DNA of 41,129 nucleotides from the NCBI GenBank assembly GCA_027295705.1, contig JAPUKJ010000040.1:1-41129 (forward strand), read 5' to 3'. Below the pieces are notes generated by a model, which made no database searches, was not told the DNA's origin, and saw only the letters and a list, made by a program, of their open reading frames with translations. The position numbers were made by a program, and so were the translations under genes. The stretch is from Ignavibacteria bacterium. GTDB taxonomy: Bacteria; Bacteroidota; Ignavibacteria; UBA10030; UBA6906. This document shows positions 30,999-37,806 of this stretch, in pieces; the stretch's first letter is position 1, and each line of letters begins with the position of its first letter.

Positions 30999-31560
30999 CA
31001 AATTTCAAATTGCTCTTTTGATCTTGGTTGGCTTCGGACTGACTACCTCAACGCTGTCGGCTCAGGAAAAAACCAGTTCAACCGATGTTCCTGTTCAGCG
31101 GGGCCCGCTGATCGATCTCAATAAGGGAGTTTCGTTTGAGATTTCCCCCCACACAGGTCTTATGGGACGAAGCGGCACGTTCGGTCTGCGACTTTCGATG
31201 AACTACAGTTCGTTCAATCTCGAACTTGCCGGGGAGCAGGTGATCGGTAAGACCGCCAATCTTTACCCAATATCGGTGAATGCAATTCTGAACCTTGCGA
31301 CAAGAGGACGACTTATTCCCTACGGCGCTGTAGGAGGTGGTCTCTTCATGACCATTCCAGTTAACACCATAGGTGACGAAACCGTCTCCACGCTCGGCAT
31401 TAATTTCGGCGGTGGGGCTAGGTACTATCTAACAAAGCATTTCGGGTTTCGAGTTGAGGCAAAGCAATACATCACAAGCGTGAGCAGCGAAAGGGAGTTG
31501 AAAGATGAGCTTCTGTTTTTTCAGGAAATCAGTCTCGGTGTCACATTCATGTTTCGCTAA
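30979..31560 (+). CDS. Outer-membrane beta-barrel protein
   Basis: Signal peptide LSA-Q, IPYGAVGGG, NFGGGARYYLT, terminal LGVTFMFR; TTG start at 30979 or 30985 after GGAGG. Confidence 0.8.
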   Translation: MQLGCFSKFQIALLILVGFGLTTSTLSAQEKTSSTDVPVQRGPLIDLNKGVSFEISPHTGLMGRSGTFGLRLSMNYSSFNLELAGEQVIGKTANLYPISVNAILNLATRGRLIPYGAVGGGLFMTIPVNTIGDETVSTLGINFGGGARYYLTKHFGFRVEAKQYITSVSSERELKDELLFFQEISLGVTFMFR

Positions 31561-31582
31561 CATCATCTAATGGGATTTACAA

Positions 31583-32146
31583 ATGACGAATCGTTGGAGA
31601 TACGCTTCGATTTTGGTCTTTGTTGCTTTGGTGATGAGTGCACGATTACCAGCACAGGGCCAATTACGCTATCAAAGCAGCATAAGCTTGTCGGCTGGTG
31701 CCTACGCAGCGAGCGGCTTCGGTACTAACCACTATTTAGGAGCGCGATATAACTATTTCTTTTTGAAAGGTAGATATTTTGTTGAAGCTGCAATTGGTTT
31801 CAGCAGTCTCAAATCGGAAGTACTGGAGAGTATCTCCAGGTCGCAGATCTTCGAATCAGAGCGATTGTACTCGTACGAATTTGTCTTTGCGTATGATCCG
31901 AGTCCCTCTGGGAATTTTCCATACGTGGTAGGTGGAGTTGCTGGGATTAATCAGGGTGGTCAGACTAGCTTCGCAGGGGTCATCGGACTTGGCAAAAGAA
32001 TACCGCTCGGTGGTTTTCTAGGTACCGATCAGCTTGGTCTTCGCTACGACGTGCGGGACCAGATATTCTCCCAGAAGATTAATAACGCTGACGAATTCAC
32101 TGCGCATAACATAGTTTTCTCCCTTGGAATGCAGTTTTATTTCTGA
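31583..32146 (+). CDS. Outer-membrane beta-barrel protein (resembles the TIGR04565/OMP_myx_plus type)
   Basis: Signal peptide, PYVVGGVAG, LRYDVRDQIF...HNIVFSLGMQFYF beta-signal. Confidence 0.78.
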   Translation: MTNRWRYASILVFVALVMSARLPAQGQLRYQSSISLSAGAYAASGFGTNHYLGARYNYFFLKGRYFVEAAIGFSSLKSEVLESISRSQIFESERLYSYEFVFAYDPSPSGNFPYVVGGVAGINQGGQTSFAGVIGLGKRIPLGGFLGTDQLGLRYDVRDQIFSQKINNADEFTAHNIVFSLGMQFYF

Positions 32147-32200
32147 TGAGCATCGTACGCTGATGAGGTTAAGAATTATTCATTTGAGAGGTGAGGTCCT

Positions 32201-34438
32201 ATGAACGCATTGTGGATTGTTGTGCAACGCGTCCCATACGTATTGCCATTTGTGCTGATTGGTTTAGTGCTTGCTTCATGTGGTCCTTCTCCCCCCGATG
32301 ACATACTCCAGAAGTCAGGCCAGGCAGCCGTAGTATTTGTGAAAGAGAATAGCCGCCACAATAATCGCAGCCGGGTATCGAGAAGTAACAGGGATGAATA
32401 CTATCCAGGGAGTGATCTGCTCTTCCTCAGCCCGATTTCCTCGCAAGGCGAGCTAACGAACCTTACGGCGCAGTACACTACGCGTAATCAAGCGGATCCG
32501 GAAGACTACGGTGCTGCTGCAGATCCAGAAGTCTCGTACGACGGCAAGAAAATCCTATTTGCCATGAAGGAAAACCGGAGCCGTCTGTGGCACATTTATG
32601 AAATGAATATCGATGGGAGTGGATTGGTTCAATTGACCGATCAAGCAAGTGGCGACGACATGGATCCGACGTATCTGCCCAATGGACAGATAATGTTTAC
32701 GTCGACGCGATCGGGGATCGTTGATGAGTACAATCGGCGACATTCGCCGCTGCTGCACGTTGGCGACAGGGGTTCGGATGGACGACTTATCAATATCAGG
32801 CAGATTTCCTTCAATCAAAGCCACGATACGAATCCCATGGTTCACTCCAGCGGGAAAGTATTTTACAGTCGCTGGGAACACTTGGGCAGTCCGAACAAGT
32901 TTCCGCTCTTTGTTATCAACCCTGATGGAACACGTCCGTTCGTCCTGTATGGGAATCATTCTCCTCGGGAGAGCGGGAGCCGCGCGTTCCTTGAGGCCCG
33001 TGAGCTTTCAGACGGAGGGATAGTATGCTCAATCATGGAGCGAGAATCTGAGTTTGAAGGGGGTGCAATTGCCATTATTGACATTTCCAAATCGGATGAT
33101 AACCTAGCATTCATAACTCCTTCTACAGTTCCATTTAACAATAGAAATCAATTTTCCAGTGCCCTGTTCAAGTCACCTCATCCGATTATCGACAAAAATG
33201 CTTCTGCTGACCGTCGGGAGAAAATCCTCGTTGCAATGTCACCAATACCGATCAATACGGGTGCAGGGGATGACGAAGTTGACTATGGCCTGTATGTGAT
33301 GGACAAGGATGGCAGTAATCTGCGCTTGATCTATAACGACCCGGAATACAATGAGTATGATCCAGTGCCAGTTATGGCGAGAGAGAAACTGCCGGGCGGC
33401 GTACCTCAGGTGATTCCCATGGATCCAAACGTCGCTTCTGCAATGGCGTCTGGTGTAACGACTGGGATGTTCTTCGACGGTAATGTATATGACCGTGCCA
33501 CGAACGATGGTCAAACCCGTCCCGCCGCGACCTTTGTCAATGCTGACGGTTCTGTTGGCCAGGCAAAGTACCTTAGGGTTTTGGAGGCGATTCCACTTCC
33601 TCAAGATCGTAACAAAAGGGGAGGCCCAATTGGCGATACAAATTTTGAAAAGCAGCGAGTTGTGGGTTATGCACCTATCCGCCCAGATGGATCATTCACT
33701 GTGGAGGTACCAGCGAACCGGTCGCTTCACATGCAAACACTGGATGAGAACGGAATGATGCTCGTGAACCAGTTAACATGGGTACAGGTGATGCCGGGGG
33801 AGAAAAGACTCTGTACTGGATGTCACGATTCGCACGATCGAGATAGGATTATTAATGATCTCGAAATTCTGGCTACCCAGCAGGTCCGTAATAAAGCTAC
33901 AGGGTCGACCTACGATGCCGGATTTCACAATGCCGATAATGTAATGAGCCATCCAGCAGCAAGAACAGACACAGTGGATTTCTTTGACAGATACCGCCCA
34001 AACCGGACAAACACAGTACAAGCGATCTTTGATGCACGCTGCATTACGTGTCATGGCACGTCGTTGCCTGCAGGAGGATTGCGATTAGAAAATGTTGCCT
34101 TTGATAAGGTTCCGCCGGGCTCTGGCATGAGCGACGAAAGTTCGGTATATGATTCCTTAACTCGGGACGCCCGCTATCGAACGGCGAATGGAAGTTCGTT
34201 GGACTACGTGACTCGAAATGGTGCGCGTCGCAGCCCATTGATGTGGGTAATGTACAACCGGCAGCTTAATGATCCTGAAAATACTGATTATCGGCCATTG
34301 AGCTACGACCATACGCAATTATGGACAAAGGATCAGTACAACCGGCTCGATCCATTTCTTCCTGGGAATCGAGATCTGTTAACGATTATTGAATGGCTTG
34401 ATGCAGGTACTCAATATTCAAATACCACTGATGAGTAG
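32201..34438 (+). CDS. HzsA-related diheme c lipoprotein (TolB/PD40-like propeller + HZS_alpha middle domain + cytochrome c domain)
   Basis: Lipobox LASC; DPEVSYDGKKILF, DMDPTYLPNGQIMFTSTR, YSRWEH, INPDGT; DGSFTVEVPANRSLHMQTLDENG...PGEKRLCTGCH; second CITCH; C-terminal IIEWLDAG. Confidence 0.85.
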   Translation: MNALWIVVQRVPYVLPFVLIGLVLASCGPSPPDDILQKSGQAAVVFVKENSRHNNRSRVSRSNRDEYYPGSDLLFLSPISSQGELTNLTAQYTTRNQADPEDYGAAADPEVSYDGKKILFAMKENRSRLWHIYEMNIDGSGLVQLTDQASGDDMDPTYLPNGQIMFTSTRSGIVDEYNRRHSPLLHVGDRGSDGRLINIRQISFNQSHDTNPMVHSSGKVFYSRWEHLGSPNKFPLFVINPDGTRPFVLYGNHSPRESGSRAFLEARELSDGGIVCSIMERESEFEGGAIAIIDISKSDDNLAFITPSTVPFNNRNQFSSALFKSPHPIIDKNASADRREKILVAMSPIPINTGAGDDEVDYGLYVMDKDGSNLRLIYNDPEYNEYDPVPVMAREKLPGGVPQVIPMDPNVASAMASGVTTGMFFDGNVYDRATNDGQTRPAATFVNADGSVGQAKYLRVLEAIPLPQDRNKRGGPIGDTNFEKQRVVGYAPIRPDGSFTVEVPANRSLHMQTLDENGMMLVNQLTWVQVMPGEKRLCTGCHDSHDRDRIINDLEILATQQVRNKATGSTYDAGFHNADNVMSHPAARTDTVDFFDRYRPNRTNTVQAIFDARCITCHGTSLPAGGLRLENVAFDKVPPGSGMSDESSVYDSLTRDARYRTANGSSLDYVTRNGARRSPLMWVMYNRQLNDPENTDYRPLSYDHTQLWTKDQYNRLDPFLPGNRDLLTIIEWLDAGTQYSNTTDE

Positions 34439-34802
34439 CTAGCCTAGCACGTTATCTCGTGATGGTAGATATGTTCTGTGTGGGGTTATTTGATAAGGTG
34501 AACAACCAGATTCTTAGCTTCCATCAACAGTTAAGAACGGAGGTAGCTATGACTTCAACAAAATCAGTTAGATCTGTGAGGCTAACGTGGGCGCCATAGT
34601 TTTCTGGCTCCAGGCGTTGCTGAAAAGTGGAACTGAAAAACAACGATTTACCTATCACATAGGATTGGTTTTCAGAGTTAGAAAAAATTTAATCGAACCT
34701 GGTGCACGCAGAACGCGAAGGGCATAGAAGTGCAAAAAATTATTTTGCTCACATTTTACATCAAGCACCAGATTCATTAACCTCACCAAAGGAGGTCTTG
34801 AG

Positions 34803-35561
34803 ATGAAAAATTTACATCACCTTATGTATATTGCCTTATTTTTTTCCGGGCTCATTCTGATTACTGGGTGTAACGAGATGGAGGCTCCAATTCCAGCAGA
34901 TGCTGGCCAACAGTCACTTCTGAAGTCAGGCGACGACGATGACGGCGATGATGACGGCGGGGCTCAGATCCCCTTCGACGAGGTGGAGGTGTTCTTCGAG
35001 TTTAACACCACGGATAACGATCTGGGCTTTCAGTTATTCCTCGATGCAGAAGGCTGGAAGCAGGTCAATGTTTTCGGCCCTGACGGCAAGATCATCAACT
35101 TCAAGGCTAAAAGAGCTTTGAAGGAGCTTGGCATTACCGAGCTGCGCTTCGAGAGCTCCGAGCCGTCGCCAGCTGAGGTCCTGGCCTTGTTCCCACCCGG
35201 GGACTATAAATTCAGGGGCAGGACGGTCGAGGGAGACAAGCTGGTGGGCACGGGGGAGCTGTCGCACGCCTTTCTGGCCGCGCCCTCCATCTTCGTCAAC
35301 GGCGACCCGATCAACGGCGATCCGGTGGACCCTGACAGCACTGTCATTGGATGGGACGCCCCAGGAGCTGAGCGCGTCCAGGTCATCGTCGGGAACGAAG
35401 ACCTCGGCCATTTCTTCGACGTCATTGTCTCGCCTGAGACCACGAGCCTGAATGTTCCGCCGCAGTTCCTCCAGCCAGCCACGGAGTACAAGGCCGAGGT
35501 CCTGGCGATATCGGCAAACGGAAACAGGACCATCACGGAGGGCACTTTCGTCACGGAGTAG
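34803..35561 (+). CDS. Acidic hypothetical lipoprotein
   Basis: AAGGAGGT RBS, lipobox ITGC, Asp-rich linker, globular domain (FEFNTTDNDLGFQLFLDAEGW...GITELRFESSEP). Confidence 0.85.
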   Translation: MKNLHHLMYIALFFSGLILITGCNEMEAPIPADAGQQSLLKSGDDDDGDDDGGAQIPFDEVEVFFEFNTTDNDLGFQLFLDAEGWKQVNVFGPDGKIINFKAKRALKELGITELRFESSEPSPAEVLALFPPGDYKFRGRTVEGDKLVGTGELSHAFLAAPSIFVNGDPINGDPVDPDSTVIGWDAPGAERVQVIVGNEDLGHFFDVIVSPETTSLNVPPQFLQPATEYKAEVLAISANGNRTITEGTFVTE

Positions 35562-35622
35562 TGCTTGACTGATGACGATGATGAGGGTAATAATGGTGGG
35601 AAGCAACTGGCAGAAACAGAAG

Positions 35623-35748
35623 CACAGCGTTCGCTGGGATGGAAAGAACAACCAAGGAAATACCGTATCAAGTGGGTTTTATGTGTACAAGTTGCAGGCG
35701 AAAGGCCTCGTGGCAACAAAGAAGTTGGTATTTACGAAGCGAGTATGA
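35623..35748 (+). pseudogene. Orphan C-terminal remnant of a FlgD-Ig/T9SS sorting domain
   Basis: Frame not in ORF track: HSVRWDGKNNQGNTVSSGFYVYKLQAKGLVATKKLVFTKRV*. This matches the WDG..N..G..V.SG.Y.Y.L......TKKL tail of secreted proteins; the N-terminal YPNPFNP half is absent. Confidence 0.7.
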
Positions 35749-35849
35749 AAGAACTTGGGGATCTCTAGGATCCACGGATATGATGTGTACTAGAATAATT
35801 TGCGCGTTAGGTGCACATTCATCTTTTGTCGGTGAGGGCACAAGAAGTT

Positions 35850-36362
35850 ATGAGTAAAGTCCGGCTGCGATACATCATTTGCCTCCTTCTTTTGCCCGGC
35901 TGGTCGGTTGCGTCGGCCCTTGGGCCTGAGTGGTTCGGGGGGAAAGCGCCTGACTTTACGCTTGAGACGATTGACGGCCGTGCTAAGCTCTCCCTGAGTG
36001 ACCTGCGCGGACAGGTTGTTGTAGTCGATTTCTGGGCAACTTGGTGTGCGCCGTGCAAACGTTACCTGCCTCGGCTCGCGGAACTCGAGATAGCCCACGA
36101 CGGCGTGAGAGTTTTGGCAGTGAATATTGACGACGAGAGGCGAAACGCTGTTGAATTCCTGAAACGCAACCGCATACACCTCACAGCATTGTTTGATGAA
36201 AAGAAAGAAGTTGTCGAAGAATACGGTGTTTCTGCAATGCCTTCAGCTTTTGTCATCGATAAGCGTGGAGTTGTTCGTTTTGTACACACCGGTTATACAG
36301 ACAACGAAGTGGAGCAAATAAAAAATGAAGTCGAAGATCTGCTACAGGAGGCTACAATATGA
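35850..36362 (+). CDS. TlpA/ResA-like exported thiol-disulfide oxidoreductase
   Basis: APDFTL, VDFWATWCAPC, cis-Pro MPSAFVIDKRG; ATG 35850. Confidence 0.92.
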   Translation: MSKVRLRYIICLLLLPGWSVASALGPEWFGGKAPDFTLETIDGRAKLSLSDLRGQVVVVDFWATWCAPCKRYLPRLAELEIAHDGVRVLAVNIDDERRNAVEFLKRNRIHLTALFDEKKEVVEEYGVSAMPSAFVIDKRGVVRFVHTGYTDNEVEQIKNEVEDLLQEATI

Positions 36363-36583
36363 GATCAGTTCTTAGCGTATGCGTTGCTGTAGTCGCTGTT
36401 GGCTTAGCAGTGCAGGGCTGTGCAACAGTGAAACCCTATGAACGCGAGAAACTAGCCGATCCGATTATGGAGCGCCAAAATCAATTTTCGAAGCAGACGC
36501 TTGAACAGAAATTCTTCTCGACACGCGAGGGGAGCATCGGAGGTGCAAGTGGAATTGGCGGTGGATGCGGCTGTGCCAAGTAG
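36359..36583 (+). CDS. DUF4266-family small lipoprotein
   Basis: Lipobox VQGC, VKPYEREKLADPIM, REGSIGG..GGGCGC; ATGA overlap with tlpA. Confidence 0.88.
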   Translation: MRSVLSVCVAVVAVGLAVQGCATVKPYEREKLADPIMERQNQFSKQTLEQKFFSTREGSIGGASGIGGGCGCAK

Positions 36584-36624
36584 TTCAACGTCGGTTAGTC
36601 TGGTTGGTTCCTAGGCGAGAATCT

Positions 36625-37764
36625 ATGCGCCGAAATCTAAGATGGATTTCAATAATGCTCCTGCCTATGATGCTATTTTGGTCAACCATGCCAGCGATTG
36701 CAGGGGGCGACCAAATGGGATTTACAACCTATTTTTTCTCTGACAGCGGGGAGAATAGTGTCATTACGAGTTCGTTCAACCTTGCTAAGAAGCTCCTGCA
36801 GCAAACGGTATTCTTGATTGACATTGAGCTTGATAATGTGACCGTGCCGCCGGTTACCGCAGTCACCGGTGCTACAAGGCCACAGCGTAGGAAAAGCGAG
36901 CCTTTTGAAAAGAGCCGAGGACAAGTAATTGTTGGGATCGAACAAGGCATCGGCCCGAACACGACAATAGCAGGAAACTTCTATCGCAGTCAGGAAGTCG
37001 ACTACACGTCAAGCGCTGTCGTCGGCACTTTCAGTCAGGATCTTTTCCAGAAGAACACGACAATCACACTTCGCGGACAGTATAGTGCCGATCGGGTCGG
37101 GAAGATCACGGAGGTCGGAGACATTCTCAACAAAAAAAAGAAAGTGTACACAGGTGCACTCAACATCAGCCAACTCCTCTCGCCGACAACGGTACTGGAT
37201 ATGAGCTATGATTTCGTGTACCTCAAGGGGTTCTTGAGTGATCCGTACCGTTTGGTGAAGGTGCATGATCTGAATGGGGCAGTCACGACGACGGATGAAA
37301 TGCATCCGCGCAAGCGCACACGTCATGCAGGTACAGGAAAGATCAGCCAGTTAATTCCTACGATCAAGGCGTCACTTATTGGGAGCTACAGATACTATTT
37401 CGACACGTGGAGGGTGCGCTCGCACACTGCTGAGGTCAAGCTGAACAAGTACATCGTGAAGGATCTCATTCTTGGGATTAATTACCGTTACTATACCCAG
37501 ACTGCGGCAAAGTTCTACCAAGACAAATATGTGGGTCAGGAATTCCTCAATCACGGATTAAGAACCGCGGATTATAAGCTGCAAAAGTTCAGCTCTAACA
37601 ATTTTGGCTTCAGTTTGACGTATTTGCTTCGCGGGCTAGGCAAGGCCTACCCTGACCTTGAATTTCTGCAGAACTCGTCTATCGAGGTCATGTACTTCAG
37701 GTATTTCAATGATTTAGATTTCACGGCGGATATTATTCAAATGGGTATCAAGTTTTCCATATAG
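36625..37764 (+). CDS. DUF3570-family outer-membrane protein
   Basis: Signal peptide, AVTGAT, SQEVDYTS, QKNTTITL, GFLSDPYR, YRYYFDTW...HT, YRYYTQTAAKFY, TADYKL; follows tlpA-DUF4266; ATG 36625. Confidence 0.87.
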   Translation: MRRNLRWISIMLLPMMLFWSTMPAIAGGDQMGFTTYFFSDSGENSVITSSFNLAKKLLQQTVFLIDIELDNVTVPPVTAVTGATRPQRRKSEPFEKSRGQVIVGIEQGIGPNTTIAGNFYRSQEVDYTSSAVVGTFSQDLFQKNTTITLRGQYSADRVGKITEVGDILNKKKKVYTGALNISQLLSPTTVLDMSYDFVYLKGFLSDPYRLVKVHDLNGAVTTTDEMHPRKRTRHAGTGKISQLIPTIKASLIGSYRYYFDTWRVRSHTAEVKLNKYIVKDLILGINYRYYTQTAAKFYQDKYVGQEFLNHGLRTADYKLQKFSSNNFGFSLTYLLRGLGKAYPDLEFLQNSSIEVMYFRYFNDLDFTADIIQMGIKFSI

Positions 37765-37806
37765 GCATGTTTATTTTTAACCCTTTGTACATGTGGGAGA
37801 GAGACA

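Noticed and set aside
32201-34438. Anammox hydrazine synthase (hzsA) call
   Set aside because: No hzsB/hzsC nearby, a lipoprotein signal is present and the context is not planctomycete; HzsA-like folds occur outside anammox bacteria.
35559-35768. Amber readthrough or pyrrolysine extension of the 34803 lipoprotein (in-frame 67-aa ORF follows)
   Set aside because: The recognisable protein signal downstream (CTD tail) is in another frame and no pyl genes are seen; a gene remnant explains it better.
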